Below are positions 30,851 to 41,840 of a stretch of DNA of 64,000 bases, in pieces; the stretch's first letter is position 1; every line of letters begins with the position of its first letter. A program made the translations under genes and the position numbers. The notes below the pieces were generated by a model. That model made no database searches. It was given only the letters and a program-made list of their open reading frames with translations, and was not told the DNA's origin. Source of the stretch: an uncultured bacterium (GTDB taxonomy: Bacteria > Bacillota_I > Bacilli_A > RFN20 > CAG-826); NCBI GenBank assembly GCA_949285325.1, contig CASDYZ010000025.1, forward strand, positions 1,450 through 65,449, in the 5' to 3' direction.

Positions 30851-30880
30851 TTGACAAGCGTATACGCAAAAGGGTATAGT
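30851..30880 (+). promoter_or_regulatory. sigma-A-type promoter of the S10 operon
   Basis: TTGACA, an 18-nt spacer, then TATAGT. Confidence 0.5.
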
Positions 30881-30886
30881 CTTAAC

Positions 30887-31009
30887 GTTGACTGTTCGCG
30901 TTGACGTGCGAGGTTGCGGATACACCCACAGGCGTTGTCATGAAGGTATATCCGGGAATTCTCACTGAACGAATTAGTCAAGCCTGAAGTGATATTAGGA
31001 GGAAAGTTC
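30887..31009 (+). promoter_or_regulatory. GC-rich, potentially structured 5' leader of the S10 operon
   Basis: About 120 nt that are much more GC-rich than the surrounding DNA, with a CGTTGAC direct repeat and several possible helices, immediately upstream of the rpsJ RBS. Confidence 0.35.
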
Positions 31010-31321
31010 ATGGCAAAAACAACAAAGATTCGGGTTCGCCTCAAAGCATACGATCCTGCCAACCTTGATTCAAGTGCGCGTAAAATCGTTGATGCTGCGG
31101 TGAAAACAAATGCTGGTGTTGTGGGACCAATTCCGCTCCCGACGGAAAAACAAGTATTTACAATATTACGAGCGGTTCACAAGTACAAAGATTCTCGTGA
31201 ACAATTCGAAATTAGAACCCACAAGAGAATTATTGACATTATCAATCCTAGCAAAGGAACAATCGACGCCTTAAAAAATCTCGATTTACCTGCCGGAGTT
31301 GATATTGAAATTAAACTATAA
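31010..31321 (+). CDS. rpsJ: 30S ribosomal protein S10
   Basis: [15 protein letters not shown]; ATG 7 nt after AGGAGG. The ORF-track start at 30989 has no RBS. Confidence 0.95.
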   Translation: MAKTTKIRVRLKAYDPANLDSSARKIVDAAVKTNAGVVGPIPLPTEKQVFTILRAVHKYKDSREQFEIRTHKRIIDIINPSKGTIDALKNLDLPAGVDIEIKL

Positions 31322-31335
31322 GGAGGTAAGACAAG

Positions 31336-32043
31336 ATGAAAGCAATATTAGGTCGTCAAATGGGCATGACTCAAGTCTTTGCTGAAGATGGCACAATGTA
31401 TCCTGTTACAGTAGTTGAAGTTTTACCAAATGTAGTTACTCAAGTTAAGACTTTAGAAAAAGACGGTTACGTCGCTGTTCAAGTCGGATATGAAGATAAG
31501 AAAGAAAGCCGTGCTAATAAGCCTGAAAAAGGTATTGTTAAAAAGGCTGGTACTAATCCTCATCAAGTGTATGCCGAACTTAGAGGCGACGAAATGTCAA
31601 ATTACAAGTTAGGTGATAAGATTACGGTCGACATGTTTAAAACCGGCGATGTCGTCGATGTCATCGGCACTAGCAAAGGTAAAGGATATTCTGGCACCAT
31701 CAAACGTTGGCATATGTCTATCGGCCCTAAAGGACATGGTTCTGGTTATCATAGAGGTCAAGGCTCGTTCTCTAACAATGGACGTTGTAACAACCGCGTC
31801 ATTCCGGGCAAACACATGTCAGGACATCATGGTAACAAATCTGCAACTATCTTGAATTTGACAGTAATCAAGGTCGATGTTGAAAGAAACGCCATCCTTA
31901 TCAAAGGTGGACTTCCAGGTCCGAGAAAATCAATCGTCACTATAAGAAGTGCAATCAAAGCTCAAAAAGGTCAACCAGTCGTCAAGACATTGATCGATAG
32001 AACTCCAGTTGCACCAGTCGAAAGTGAAACAAAAGCTGAATAA
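31336..32043 (+). CDS. rplC: 50S ribosomal protein L3
   Basis: [11 protein letters not shown]-terminus; operon position. Confidence 0.95.
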   Translation: MKAILGRQMGMTQVFAEDGTMYPVTVVEVLPNVVTQVKTLEKDGYVAVQVGYEDKKESRANKPEKGIVKKAGTNPHQVYAELRGDEMSNYKLGDKITVDMFKTGDVVDVIGTSKGKGYSGTIKRWHMSIGPKGHGSGYHRGQGSFSNNGRCNNRVIPGKHMSGHHGNKSATILNLTVIKVDVERNAILIKGGLPGPRKSIVTIRSAIKAQKGQPVVKTLIDRTPVAPVESETKAE

Positions 32044-32064
32044 GACGAAAGGAGTTAAATAATT

Positions 32065-32706
32065 ATGGCAGAAAAGAAAAATGTCAGCGTAAAAGTGTAT
32101 AACATGGCTGGCGAAGAAGTTTCCAAAATGAATTTAAGTGCTTCCGTCTACGGCGTTGAACCTCATCGACAAGTTCTCTTCGATGCCGTTATGGTTGAAC
32201 ACGCTAATGTGCGTCAAGCGACTGCAAAGACAAAAAAGAGACACGAAGTCAGTGGTGGCGGAAAAAAACCTTGGAGACAAAAAGGTACTGGTAGAGCCCG
32301 TGCTGGTAGTACGAGAAGCCCTATCTGGGTTGGTGGAGGTAATGTCTTTGGTCCAACCGGTAATCAAAATTTCAAACTTTCTCAAAATAAGAAAGAATAT
32401 CGCTTAGCAAAGAAAAGTGCATTATCTCTCGCTGTCAGTGAAAATAAATTGACAGTCGTGGATGAAATCAAAATGAGCGATAAAAAGACAAAAGCATTCG
32501 TCGCGATGCTCGACGCTCTTAAAGTCGGTAACAAAGTACTAGTGGTTGTCGATGAAATAAATGAAGAATTATACGCTTCAGCAAGAAACCTCGGTTGGGT
32601 AAAATTAGTTACCTCCGACAATGTCAGCGTAGTTGACTTATTAAATGTCGATACCTTGGTTATGAGCAAAGATGCGGCAAAAACTGTTGAGGAGGCATTA
32701 AAGTAA
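32065..32706 (+). CDS. rplD: 50S ribosomal protein L4
   Basis: uL4 family by translation and position. Confidence 0.9.
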   Translation: MAEKKNVSVKVYNMAGEEVSKMNLSASVYGVEPHRQVLFDAVMVEHANVRQATAKTKKRHEVSGGGKKPWRQKGTGRARAGSTRSPIWVGGGNVFGPTGNQNFKLSQNKKEYRLAKKSALSLAVSENKLTVVDEIKMSDKKTKAFVAMLDALKVGNKVLVVVDEINEELYASARNLGWVKLVTSDNVSVVDLLNVDTLVMSKDAAKTVEEALK

Positions 32707-32707
32707 T

Positions 32708-33052
32708 ATGGCACGTAAAGCAAAAAAAGAAACAGCAAAAACTCAACGCTTCCAAAAAGCGACAGAAAAAGATTACACCGTGATTGATCGTCCAATTATA
32801 ACCGAAAAAACCATGGCGTTAATGCAAAATGAAAACAAAGTCACAGTGAGAGTCAACAAGAATTCTAACAAGACAGAAATCAAACTTGCTTTCGAAAGAA
32901 TTTTCCAAGTCAAAGTAACTGATGTCAAAGTCTCCAATGTGGCGGCTAAATCCCTTTCAAGAGGAACTAGATATAAAGGAACCCTCGCGGGATATAAAAA
33001 AGCGATTGTCACTATCGTAAGTGGTGAAGCAATCGACTTATTCAAAGAATAA
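32708..33052 (+). CDS. rplW: 50S ribosomal protein L23
   Basis: uL23 by translation and position. Confidence 0.9.
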   Translation: MARKAKKETAKTQRFQKATEKDYTVIDRPIITEKTMALMQNENKVTVRVNKNSNKTEIKLAFERIFQVKVTDVKVSNVAAKSLSRGTRYKGTLAGYKKAIVTIVSGEAIDLFKE

Positions 33053-33079
33053 CTTAACTAAATTATAGGAGGAAAACAA

Positions 33080-33913
33080 ATGTCAATTAGAAGTTATAAA
33101 CCAACTTCTCCATCACGTCGTAATATGACCAATTCGACATTCGAAGAAATTACGAGTGCAACTCCTGAGAAAAGCTTATTAGTCAGTTTGACAAAATCTG
33201 GCGGTAGAAACAATCAAGGTGTCATCACCACAAGACATATCGGTGGTGGACATAAACGCAAGTACCGCATTATCGATTTCAAACGTGATAAGGACAATAT
33301 CCCAGCGACGGTCAAAACAGTAGAATACGATCCAAACCGCAATGCAAATATATGTTTGCTCGCGTACGCGGATGGAGAAAAAAGATATATACTCGCGCCT
33401 AAAGGCTTAACAGTCGGTAGCAAAGTATTGTCAAACGATGCATGCGATATCTTAGTCGGTAACGCCATGCAACTTAAAAACATTCCAGAAGGTACCTTCA
33501 TCCACAATGTCGAATTAAAACCTGGTAAAGGTGGACAATTATGTAGAGCGGCTGGAACAAGCGCTCAAGTGTTAGGTCTTGAAGGTAAATACGCAATTAT
33601 TAGACTTGCCTCAGGTGAAGTAAGAAAAGTAGTCAATACTTGCCGTGCGACAATCGGTATCGTCGGTAACGAAGATTACAACTTAATCAACTTAGGTAAA
33701 GCTGGTAAAACTAGATGGAAAGGCACTAGACCAACAGTTAGAGGTTCTGTCATGAATCCTAACGACCACCCACATGGTGGTGGTGAAGGTAAATCACCAG
33801 TCGGTCGCGACGCTCCTAGAACTCCTTGGGGTAAGAGAGCGTTAGGTGTCAAGACACGCAATCAAAAGAAAGCGTCAGGCAAATTAATTGTCAGAAGACG
33901 CAACGCTAAATAA
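33080..33913 (+). CDS. rplB: 50S ribosomal protein L2
   Basis: uL2, with the conserved GGGHKR and [11 protein letters not shown] motifs. Confidence 0.95.
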   Translation: MSIRSYKPTSPSRRNMTNSTFEEITSATPEKSLLVSLTKSGGRNNQGVITTRHIGGGHKRKYRIIDFKRDKDNIPATVKTVEYDPNRNANICLLAYADGEKRYILAPKGLTVGSKVLSNDACDILVGNAMQLKNIPEGTFIHNVELKPGKGGQLCRAAGTSAQVLGLEGKYAIIRLASGEVRKVVNTCRATIGIVGNEDYNLINLGKAGKTRWKGTRPTVRGSVMNPNDHPHGGGEGKSPVGRDAPRTPWGKRALGVKTRNQKKASGKLIVRRRNAK

Positions 33914-33933
33914 TAGATGGGAGGAAAAAAATA

Positions 33934-34227
33934 ATGGCACGTAGTTTGAAAAAAGGTGCATTCGTCGATGAACATTTAATGAAAAAAGTCGAAGCACTCA
34001 ACAAAAGCGGTAAAAAAGAAATCATTAAAACTTGGTCACGCCGCTCAACCATTTACCCAGCATTCGTGGGTCACACCTTTGCCGTCTATAACGGAAAAGA
34101 ACATATCTCAGTTTATGTTACCGACGATATGGTCGGACATAAATTAGGTGAATTCTCACCGACGAGAAAATATACCGGACATACCGGCCACACCGCTGAA
34201 GATAAAGCCGCCGCGGCTGGTAAATAA
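33934..34227 (+). CDS. rpsS: 30S ribosomal protein S19
   Basis: MARSLKKG...HTFAVYNGK. Confidence 0.95.
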   Translation: MARSLKKGAFVDEHLMKKVEALNKSGKKEIIKTWSRRSTIYPAFVGHTFAVYNGKEHISVYVTDDMVGHKLGEFSPTRKYTGHTGHTAEDKAAAAGK

Positions 34228-34238
34228 TGGAGGTAAAT

Positions 34239-34712
34239 ATGGCAGAAAAGAAAACGAAAAAAGTCGCTGAAGAAGTCAAAGAAGAAGTAAAAGAAGAAGC
34301 GACTTCTCCTAAAGCAAAAAAAGCTAAGAAAGAGAAACCTGTTAAAGAAGAAGTCAAAAAACCTTCAAAACCAATGCCAACTGAAGCGAGAGCGATAGCC
34401 ACTAATGTCCGCGTCACTCCTCGCAAAGTGAGATTGGTAATCGATCTAGTCCGTGGGAAAAGTGTCAATGAAGCACTTGGCATATTAGAAAATGTCAACC
34501 GCGCTGCTAGTGAGCCAGTGAGTAAAGTTATTCGCTCGGCTATGGCAAATGCGACAAACAACTTCGGAATGGATAAAGATGCTCTTTACATCGACACCAT
34601 CTACGCAAATGATGGTCTTAGAATGAAAAGATACATGCCGAGAGCTAAAGGTTCAGCCTCGGGCTTAGTAAAAAGAACGAGCCACATCACTGTGGTAGTC
34701 AAAATGAGATAG
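34239..34712 (+). CDS. rplV: 50S ribosomal protein L22 with a Lys/Glu-rich N-terminal extension of about 45 aa
   Basis: The uL22 core (ARAIATNVRVTPRKVRLVIDLVRGK) is preceded by KEEVKEE repeats. ATG at 34239 follows GGAGG. Confidence 0.9.
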   Translation: MAEKKTKKVAEEVKEEVKEEATSPKAKKAKKEKPVKEEVKKPSKPMPTEARAIATNVRVTPRKVRLVIDLVRGKSVNEALGILENVNRAASEPVSKVIRSAMANATNNFGMDKDALYIDTIYANDGLRMKRYMPRAKGSASGLVKRTSHITVVVKMR

Positions 34713-34727
34713 GAGGAAAGTTAACAA

Positions 34728-35414
34728 ATGGGTCAAAAAGTTAATCCAGTAGGTATGCGTATCGGCGTCAACCGCAATTGGAATTCTCGTTGGTATGCTA
34801 ATGACAATGATTTTCATGTCTATCTCAATCAAGACATCAAGATTCGTAAATTTTTAGAAGCAGATAAAAGTGTGAAAGAGGCACTCCTCTCCCACATTGA
34901 AATTGAAAGAACCAAAACTGACAATGGACAAAGAATAGAAGTGTTCGTCCATGTCGCAAAACCTGGTGTAATTCACGGACAAAATAACGACAATGTTAAA
35001 AATTTAGCAAAAAGACTTGCTAAACATGTCGGAGTCAAAGGCATTAGAATTACTCCACTCGCAGTTACTCAACCAGATCTAGACGCAACTCTTGTCGCGA
35101 AAGATATGGCTAAACAACTCGAAGAAAGAGCGAGCTTTAGAACCGTTCAAAAGAAAGCGATTCAAAAAGTTCGTAAAGCAGGAGCAAAAGGTTGCCGTAC
35201 TGTCATCTCTGGCCGTCTTGGTGGTGCGGATATCGCAAGAAGCGAGGGCTATAAAGAAGGTATCATCCCTCTACATACCTTAAGAAGCGATATCGACTAC
35301 GCTGTTGCAGAGGCGATGACAACTTATGGTAAATTAGGCATTAAAGTCTGGATTTGCCGCGGTGAAGTTAGAAAGAACAAACCAACTCCTGAAAATGAGA
35401 CGAAAGGAGAATAA
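34728..35414 (+). CDS. rpsC: 30S ribosomal protein S3
   Basis: [13 protein letters not shown] (KH domain). Confidence 0.95.
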   Translation: MGQKVNPVGMRIGVNRNWNSRWYANDNDFHVYLNQDIKIRKFLEADKSVKEALLSHIEIERTKTDNGQRIEVFVHVAKPGVIHGQNNDNVKNLAKRLAKHVGVKGIRITPLAVTQPDLDATLVAKDMAKQLEERASFRTVQKKAIQKVRKAGAKGCRTVISGRLGGADIARSEGYKEGIIPLHTLRSDIDYAVAEAMTTYGKLGIKVWICRGEVRKNKPTPENETKGE

Positions 35415-35416
35415 AC

Positions 35417-35830
35417 ATGTTAGAACCAAAAAGAACAAAATACCGCCGTCCACATATCATCAAATATGAAGGGCACGCTAAAGGTGGAACTGAAGTTAGC
35501 TTTGGTGAATATGGTCTCCAAGCTGTCGAAGGTAATTGGGTGAGCGCAAGACAAATTGAAGCAGCCCGTGTCGTACTTTCAAGATACACAAAAAGAACTG
35601 GCAAAATTTGGATTAGAATATTCCCACATTTAGCCAAGACGAAAAAAGCTGCTGGAACTCGTATGGGAAGCGGAAAAGGTGGACCAGAATACTGGGTTGC
35701 AGTAGTTAAAGAAGGCAGAGTCATGTTTGAAATCGGTGGTGTTCCTGAAGCAGATGCCATAGAAGCACTACGCCTCGCTGCCTATAAATTACCACTCAAA
35801 TGTAAAGTGGTTAAGAAAGGAGATAAGTAG
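35417..35830 (+). CDS. rplP: 50S ribosomal protein L16
   Basis: [13 protein letters not shown]. Confidence 0.95.
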   Translation: MLEPKRTKYRRPHIIKYEGHAKGGTEVSFGEYGLQAVEGNWVSARQIEAARVVLSRYTKRTGKIWIRIFPHLAKTKKAAGTRMGSGKGGPEYWVAVVKEGRVMFEIGGVPEADAIEALRLAAYKLPLKCKVVKKGDK

Positions 35831-35832
35831 AG

Positions 35833-36030
35833 ATGAAAATTTCTGAAGTCCGCGATATGAGTACGAGTGAACTTAATGAAAAGCTCTACTCTCTCAAAGA
35901 ACAACTCTTCGAGTTAAGACGTAAAAAAGCCGTCGGCGCGCTCGAAAGAGGAGAAGATGTCATAACGGTAAGAAAAGACATCGCTCGCATCAACATGGTA
36001 ATTCGTGAACGCGAATTACAAAATAAATAA
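35833..36030 (+). CDS. rpmC: 50S ribosomal protein L29
   Basis: 65-aa uL29 at the expected position. Confidence 0.9.
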   Translation: MKISEVRDMSTSELNEKLYSLKEQLFELRRKKAVGALERGEDVITVRKDIARINMVIRERELQNK

Positions 36031-36041
36031 GGAGGATAAAA

Positions 36042-36404
36042 ATGGTTATGGAAAGAGAAAATGCAACTAGACGTACTATTCAAGGTGTCGTCGTCGCTAA
36101 TAAAAATGATAAGACCATCGTCGTCCTTGTTGAAACTTACAAAAGACATGCAAAATATGGTAAACGCGTTAAATATTCTAAAAAGTATTACGCGCACGAT
36201 GAAAAGAATGAGTGCAAAGTTGGCGATACTGTCACCATCATGGAAACTCGCCCATTAAGTGCTTTAAAAAGATTTAGATTAGTTTCTATCGACAAGCAAG
36301 CTGAACTTACTGTCAAAGAAGCTGAAGCTGAATTAAAAGAAGAAATCTTAACCGGTGAAACCGAAGAAGTTAAGGAAGAAGATAAGAAGGAGGAAGCTGA
36401 ATAA
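36042..36404 (+). CDS. rpsQ: 30S ribosomal protein S17 with an acidic C-terminal tail
   Basis: uS17 core (RRTIQGVVV...KTIVV), followed by a Glu-rich extension. Confidence 0.9.
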   Translation: MVMERENATRRTIQGVVVANKNDKTIVVLVETYKRHAKYGKRVKYSKKYYAHDEKNECKVGDTVTIMETRPLSALKRFRLVSIDKQAELTVKEAEAELKEEILTGETEEVKEEDKKEEAE

Positions 36405-36778
36405 TGATTCAAAACGAAACAAATCTTGTTGTCGCTGATAATTCAGGAGCGAGAAAAGTTCGCGCCTTCCGCCTCTATGGTGGTTCAAACCGTAAATCTT
36501 CCTCCATCGGTGACATCATTCTCTGTGCGGTTAAAGACGCTATCCCAAACGCTAAAGTTAAAAAAGGTGACGTCGTCAAATGCGTCATTGTCCGCACTAA
36601 AAAGGCTATCAACCGTCCTGATGGTTCAACCATTAGATTTGATGACAACGCAGTAGTGGTCATCAACGATGATTGCAATCCTATCGGCACTCGTGTTTTT
36701 GGCCCAGTCGCACGTGAATTAAGAGAGCACGGAGAAAAATTTATGAAGATTGTCTCCCTCGCTCTAGAAGTGTTATAA
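36404..36778 (+). CDS. rplN: 50S ribosomal protein L14
   Basis: [18 protein letters not shown]. Confidence 0.95.
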   Translation: MIQNETNLVVADNSGARKVRAFRLYGGSNRKSSSIGDIILCAVKDAIPNAKVKKGDVVKCVIVRTKKAINRPDGSTIRFDDNAVVVINDDCNPIGTRVFGPVARELREHGEKFMKIVSLALEVL

Positions 36779-36790
36779 GGAGGAAAAACG

Positions 36791-37096
36791 ATGAATATAG
36801 TAAAAGGTGATAAAGTCATCGTTATCGCTGGACGTGATAAAGGTAAAGTCGGCGTTGTTCAAAAAGTCGATCCAAAATCAAATCGCGTCGTAGTGGAAAA
36901 CGTCAATGTCCGTAAAAAACACAAAAAACCAACTCAACAAAATACTGAAGGGGCCATCATGGATATCTACGCACCAATCGATGCGTCAAATGTCATGATA
37001 TTAGACCCTAAAACAAAAAAACCAACTCGTATAGGTCACAAAGAAGTTAAAGGCAAAAAAGTCCGTGTAACCAAGGCGAGCGGCACTGTGCTATAA
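36791..37096 (+). CDS. rplX: 50S ribosomal protein L24
   Basis: [16 protein letters not shown] (KOW motif). Confidence 0.9.
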   Translation: MNIVKGDKVIVIAGRDKGKVGVVQKVDPKSNRVVVENVNVRKKHKKPTQQNTEGAIMDIYAPIDASNVMILDPKTKKPTRIGHKEVKGKKVRVTKASGTVL

Positions 37097-37109
37097 GGAG
37101 GAAGTAAAA

Positions 37110-37802
37110 ATGGCAGAAGAAGTTAAAAAGAAAACAAGCACCGCTAAAAAGACGACCTCAAGCACCGCTAAAAAGACGACTGTTAAAAAAGAAGAAACAG
37201 TCGAAGTAAAAGAAGAGAAAAAAGTCGAAAAGAAAGTTTCCGCCCACAAAGTGAGCGCTTATATCCCAAGAGTTAGAGCCCACTATGAAGGTGAAGTGAG
37301 AAAAGCTTTGATGGAAAAATATCAATATTCTTCCACAATGCAAATCCCTTCACTAAACAAAATCGTCATCAATATTGGTGTTGGTGATGCGACAAGCGAC
37401 GCGAAGAAATTAGAAGACGCTGTCAATGAACTAGGGGTAATTACTGGACAAAAACCAGTCATCACCAAGGCTAAAAAATCAATCGCATCCTTCAAACTTA
37501 GAGAAGGGCAAGCGATCGGTTGTAAAGTCACTTTACGCGGAACTAGAATGTATGAATTCTTCGACAAACTCGTCTCGATTGCCCTCCCACGTGTTCGTGA
37601 CTTTAGAGGAGTGAGTAAAAACTCTTTCGATGGAAGAGGTAATTATACTTTAGGTATAAAAGAGCAACTCATCTTCCCTGAAATCGACTATGATAAAGTA
37701 CACAAAGTACGTGGTATGGATGTAGTTATCGTTACGACCGCTCAAACTGATAAAGAGGCATATACCTTATTAGAATTATTAGGTATGCCATTCGCTAGAT
37801 AA
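37110..37802 (+). CDS. rplE: 50S ribosomal protein L5 with a Lys/Thr-rich N-terminal extension
   Basis: uL5 core preceded by about 50 aa of [10 protein letters not shown]-type repeats. Confidence 0.9.
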   Translation: MAEEVKKKTSTAKKTTSSTAKKTTVKKEETVEVKEEKKVEKKVSAHKVSAYIPRVRAHYEGEVRKALMEKYQYSSTMQIPSLNKIVINIGVGDATSDAKKLEDAVNELGVITGQKPVITKAKKSIASFKLREGQAIGCKVTLRGTRMYEFFDKLVSIALPRVRDFRGVSKNSFDGRGNYTLGIKEQLIFPEIDYDKVHKVRGMDVVIVTTAQTDKEAYTLLELLGMPFAR

Positions 37803-37823
37803 GAGAAAGGAGTCCAAAACTAA

Positions 37824-38009
37824 ATGGCAAAAACTAGTGCAAAGGTCCGCTGTGCGAGACCAAAAAAATACAAAGTACAAGAATATACCCGTTGCGAACG
37901 TTGTGGACGTCCTCACGCTGTCTATTCAAAATTCCATTTATGCCGTATCTGCCTTCGCGAATTAGCGTACAAAGGTGAGATTCCAGGCATGAAAAAATCA
38001 TCTTGGTAA
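37824..38009 (+). CDS. rpsN: 30S ribosomal protein S14, type Z (zinc-ribbon, 61 aa)
   Basis: Four Cys pattern CERCGRP...CRIC. Confidence 0.9.
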   Translation: MAKTSAKVRCARPKKYKVQEYTRCERCGRPHAVYSKFHLCRICLRELAYKGEIPGMKKSSW

Positions 38010-38027
38010 TAAAGGAGGAAAAATATT

Positions 38028-38420
38028 ATGATGACAGATCTAATTGCAGATATGCTCACACGCATAAGAAACGCCAATGCATTAAAATATGACACCGTTT
38101 CTATTCCTTCCTCCAAGATGAAAGTTGAAATCGCTAAAATCTTAAAAGAAGAAGGATTCATTAACGATTATAAAGTCAAGGGCGATGTCAAAAAAGAATT
38201 GACTCTTACCCTCAAATATACCAACGACGGCATCGGTGTCATCGCTGGTCTTAGAAGAATTTCAAAACCAGGTTTACGCGTCAATGTCGGTGCGGATAGA
38301 CTCCCTAGAGTCTTAAAAGGATTAGGCATTGCAATCATATCCACCTCACAAGGTGTTATGACTGACGCCAAAGCACGTAAACTAGGTATCGGTGGCGAAG
38401 TTCTCGCTTATGTTTGGTAG
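38028..38420 (+). CDS. rpsH: 30S ribosomal protein S8
   Basis: [15 protein letters not shown]. Confidence 0.95.
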   Translation: MMTDLIADMLTRIRNANALKYDTVSIPSSKMKVEIAKILKEEGFINDYKVKGDVKKELTLTLKYTNDGIGVIAGLRRISKPGLRVNVGADRLPRVLKGLGIAIISTSQGVMTDAKARKLGIGGEVLAYVW

Positions 38421-38431
38421 GAGGAAAATAT

Positions 38432-38983
38432 ATGTCACGTATTGGAAATAAACATATTATCTTACCAGAAGGTGTCAGTGTCACTTTAGAAAATGGTAAC
38501 GCTGTCGTAAAAGGTCCAAAAGGCACATTAAATGTCAAAATCAATAGTGGCATCGATATGCATGTCGATGGACAAACTATCACCTTCACCCGCCAAAACG
38601 AAATGAAACAAACAAAACAAAATCACGGCACGACACGCGCTAATGTGCACAATGCTGTAGTCGGTGTCAGCCAAGGTTATAAAAAAGAATTAGAGATGAA
38701 AGGTATCGGTTATAAAGCTCAAATGCAAGGTGAAAATGTCACTCTTTGGGCTGGATATAGCCACACCATCACCATCGTCCCTAATGAAGGAGTAAAAATT
38801 TCTTGCCCAAGTGCGACAGAAATCGTCGTTGAAGGTATCTCCAAACAAGCGGTGGGACAAACTGCTTCTCGCATTAGAGAAGTTAGACCTCCAGAACCAT
38901 ATTTAGGAAAAGGTATAAGATACAAAAACGAAGTCGTACACACCAAAGAAGGTAAACGTGCCTCAAGTGGTGGTAAGAAATAG
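38432..38983 (+). CDS. rplF: 50S ribosomal protein L6
   Basis: MSRIGNKHIILPEGV. ATG at 38432 preferred, after GGAGGAAAATAT. Confidence 0.9.
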   Translation: MSRIGNKHIILPEGVSVTLENGNAVVKGPKGTLNVKINSGIDMHVDGQTITFTRQNEMKQTKQNHGTTRANVHNAVVGVSQGYKKELEMKGIGYKAQMQGENVTLWAGYSHTITIVPNEGVKISCPSATEIVVEGISKQAVGQTASRIREVRPPEPYLGKGIRYKNEVVHTKEGKRASSGGKK

Positions 38984-39000
38984 AAAGGTGGAGTTAAGAT

Positions 39001-39357
39001 ATGATTAATAAAGAATCAAAAAATGTTTCTCGTCTAAGACGTCACGCACGTATTAGAGAAAAAATTAGTGGCACAGCTACTTGTCCTAGACTTTGCCTTT
39101 ACCGCTCAAACAAAAATATCGAAGCTCAAATTATCGATGATGATAAAGGTGTAACTCTCGTCTCTTCTTCATCGATGAGCTTAAAATTAGAGAATGGTTC
39201 GAATATCGAAGCTGCCGCTAAAGTTGGTGAAGACATCGCTAAAAAAGCGTTAGCGAAAAAGATTACATCTGTCGTATTCGATCGTTCTGGATACATCTAT
39301 CACGGCCGCGTAAAAGCACTTGCAGAAGCTGCTAGAGAAGCGGGATTAAAATTCTAA
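39001..39357 (+). CDS. rplR: 50S ribosomal protein L18
   Basis: uL18 by translation and position. Confidence 0.9.
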   Translation: MINKESKNVSRLRRHARIREKISGTATCPRLCLYRSNKNIEAQIIDDDKGVTLVSSSSMSLKLENGSNIEAAAKVGEDIAKKALAKKITSVVFDRSGYIYHGRVKALAEAAREAGLKF

Positions 39358-39371
39358 AGGAGGACTAAACA

Positions 39372-39986
39372 ATGGAAGAAGAGAAAAAAGAAGTTGTTGC
39401 TAATGAAGTAGAAGAAGCAAAACAAGCTGAATCCAAACCAGTTAATAGTGGTAATAGACGTCCTCGCGGAGATAGAAAAGGACCACGTCGTCCTGACAAA
39501 AGAGATGCTCACAAAGAGCAAAAAGAATTTGAAGAAAGAGTTGTCTACATCAACCGTGTTTCTAAAACCGTCAAAGGTGGTAGACGTATGAAATTTACCG
39601 CGCTTGTCGTCATCGGCGACCGTAAAGGTAGATATGGCTTTGCTTTAGCAAAAGCAAGCGAAGTACCAGACGCCATTAAAAAGGCAGGCGAAGCGGCAAG
39701 AAAAAATCTTCATACTATTAAACTCAGCAAAGGTGCAACCCTTTCTCACGAAGTCATCGGTAAATTTGGTGCGTGCAAAGTTTATTTAAAACCTGCTCCT
39801 GAAGGTACTGGTGTTGTCGCAGGTGGCCCAGTTCGTGCTATACTAGAACTTGCTGGCGTTCAAAACGTCTGTTCTAAAGTTTATGGTTCACGCGCATCAA
39901 TCAACGTCATCCGCGCGACAAATGAGGGCTTATCACAACTCAAATCATATGCAGAAGTGAAAGCTCTTCGAAGCCAAGCTGAATAA
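39372..39986 (+). CDS. rpsE: 30S ribosomal protein S5 with a charged N-terminal extension
   Basis: uS5 core ([17 protein letters not shown]...); 204 aa. Confidence 0.9.
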   Translation: MEEEKKEVVANEVEEAKQAESKPVNSGNRRPRGDRKGPRRPDKRDAHKEQKEFEERVVYINRVSKTVKGGRRMKFTALVVIGDRKGRYGFALAKASEVPDAIKKAGEAARKNLHTIKLSKGATLSHEVIGKFGACKVYLKPAPEGTGVVAGGPVRAILELAGVQNVCSKVYGSRASINVIRATNEGLSQLKSYAEVKALRSQAE

Positions 39987-40030
39987 TTAAGTTTGGTGTC
40001 ACATTAAAATTTAGTAGGGAGGTGCTAAAA

Positions 40031-40471
40031 ATGAAACTGCATGAACTTCAATCGAGCGTTGGCTCAAGACATTCATCTTTCCGTAAAGGTAGAGGTATTG
40101 GTTCTGGCAATGGTAAAACTGCTGGTAAAGGTCACAAAGGTCAAAACGCTCGTAGTGGAGGCGGTGTCCGTCTTGGATTTGAAGGTGGACAAATGCCATA
40201 TTACATCCGTATCCCAAAACGCGGATTTAAAAATGTCAACCGCATCGAATATGCAACCATCAATGTCTCTTCATTAAATCGTTTTGATGAAGGTACAGTT
40301 GTCACCCCAGCATTATTGAAAGAAACTGGTTTATTAACCAAGGAATATGATGGATTAAAAATCTTAGGAAACGGGAGACTTGAAAAGAAATTAACTGTCA
40401 AAGCTAATAAATTTTCTAAGTCTGCTTTAAAAGCCATCGAAGATGCTGGCGGAAGTGCTGAGGTCATCTAA
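40031..40471 (+). CDS. rplO: 50S ribosomal protein L15
   Basis: [14 protein letters not shown]. Only 44 nt separate S5 and L15, so there is no rpmD (L30) gene. Confidence 0.9.
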   Translation: MKLHELQSSVGSRHSSFRKGRGIGSGNGKTAGKGHKGQNARSGGGVRLGFEGGQMPYYIRIPKRGFKNVNRIEYATINVSSLNRFDEGTVVTPALLKETGLLTKEYDGLKILGNGRLEKKLTVKANKFSKSALKAIEDAGGSAEVI

Positions 40472-40473
40472 TT

Positions 40474-41838
40474 ATGAAGAAACTTAGCGCTATATTAAGA
40501 AATAAAGAGATCATGAACCGTCTATTATTTACGGTCATGATTCTTCTTGTCTTCCGCATTGGCGCGCAGATAACCGTGCCAGGTGTAACATTAGGTGAAG
40601 AATTAAGTGGATATTTAAGCGAAAACAACGCTTTGAGTTTGATGAACTTACTCGGCGGAGGTACGCTTCAAACATTCTCTATCTTCGCTCTTGGAGTATC
40701 TCCATACATCACCGCACAAATCATTATTCAACTCTTGTCGACTGATGTCCTTCCAGCTTTAAGTGAACTGAAAAGACAAGGTCAATACGGAAGAAGAAAA
40801 ATAGAATTAGCCACACGTTATTTGACACTTATGATTGGTGCTGTACAAGCTTATGGTATCATTCAAACGATGATGAATAACGAATATATATCATTCGAAG
40901 CTGGTTCATATGAATGGCTCACATACATATATGTCGTCGTCATTATGCTAGCGGGGTCACTTCTCGTCATGTGGCTTGGTGACCAAATCTCATCAAAAGG
41001 TATTGGAAATGGTATATCAATGATTATTTTTGCTGGTATTGTCGCATCTTTACCAACTCAAATATCACAAGCGTTCGCCACATGGGTACTCTCTTCACAA
41101 GGTACTGGAAGCGAACTTGCTGGTATATTCCAATTTGTCCTATATATCCTCGCTTATTTGGCTATCATTGCCTTTGTTACATTTATCGAATTGTCAAAGA
41201 GAAAAATTCCTGTTCAACATTCAGGAAAAAGTGGTGGCCAAACCCAAAGTATGGCGCGTGCTTCATTCTTACCTATCAAGATTAACTCCGCAGGTGTTAT
41301 TCCAGTCATCTTCGCTAGTTCTATCTTGATGGTTCCAAGCGTCATTGTCGCCTTTGTTGATCCAGGTGCATCAGATGCTCAGTGGCTCGGTATATTCAAT
41401 ACCTCAACACTGTATGAAATGCCTTGGTTCAATGGTGGAAGTTGGTACATGCCATGGGGATTAATCATATACATTGTCCTCACTGTCTTATTTACCTTCT
41501 TCTATTCAAATTTACAAATCAATCCGCAACAACTGGCGGAAAACTTCCAAAAGAATGGTAGTTACATACCAGGTATTAGACCAGGAAATGAAACTGAAAG
41601 GTATGTGCGTAAAGTATTAAATCGCGTCACTGTCATCGGTGCTGCCGCGCTCGCCTTCATCGCTTCGCTTCCTTCCATTCTAACTATGAGTGGTATATTT
41701 GGCTCTAATACATCTCTCGCCTTGGGTGGAACTGGTATGATCATCGTCGTCGGTGTCGCGCTTGAACTTAATAACCAAATCGATGGACTTCTCGCTGGAA
41801 AATCATTCGATGAGGTTGTTGCTGGAGGAGGTCGTTAA
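40474..41838 (+). CDS. secY: preprotein translocase subunit SecY
   Basis: Ten-TM protein at the conserved position. Confidence 0.95.
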   Translation: MKKLSAILRNKEIMNRLLFTVMILLVFRIGAQITVPGVTLGEELSGYLSENNALSLMNLLGGGTLQTFSIFALGVSPYITAQIIIQLLSTDVLPALSELKRQGQYGRRKIELATRYLTLMIGAVQAYGIIQTMMNNEYISFEAGSYEWLTYIYVVVIMLAGSLLVMWLGDQISSKGIGNGISMIIFAGIVASLPTQISQAFATWVLSSQGTGSELAGIFQFVLYILAYLAIIAFVTFIELSKRKIPVQHSGKSGGQTQSMARASFLPIKINSAGVIPVIFASSILMVPSVIVAFVDPGASDAQWLGIFNTSTLYEMPWFNGGSWYMPWGLIIYIVLTVLFTFFYSNLQINPQQLAENFQKNGSYIPGIRPGNETERYVRKVLNRVTVIGAAALAFIASLPSILTMSGIFGSNTSLALGGTGMIIVVGVALELNNQIDGLLAGKSFDEVVAGGGR

Positions 41839-41840
41839 TC

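Noticed and set aside
30989-31321. ORF-track start for rpsJ at 30989 ([12 protein letters not shown]...)
   Set aside because: There is no RBS before 30989. AGGAGG sits 7 nt before the ATG at 31010, which gives the canonical S10 N-terminus [11 protein letters not shown]. The upstream extension is leader sequence.
32382-36819. Numerous 60-150-aa antisense or alternative-frame ORFs inside the ribosomal operon (e.g. 32382-32795(-), 34118-34561(-), 35368-35760(-), 36475-36819(-))
   Set aside because: They lie entirely within highly conserved r-protein genes on the opposite strand or in an alternate frame. They have low-complexity Ser/Thr/Leu-rich translations, no RBS and no recognisable domains. 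They are typical shadow ORFs of the relatively GC-richer r-protein genes.
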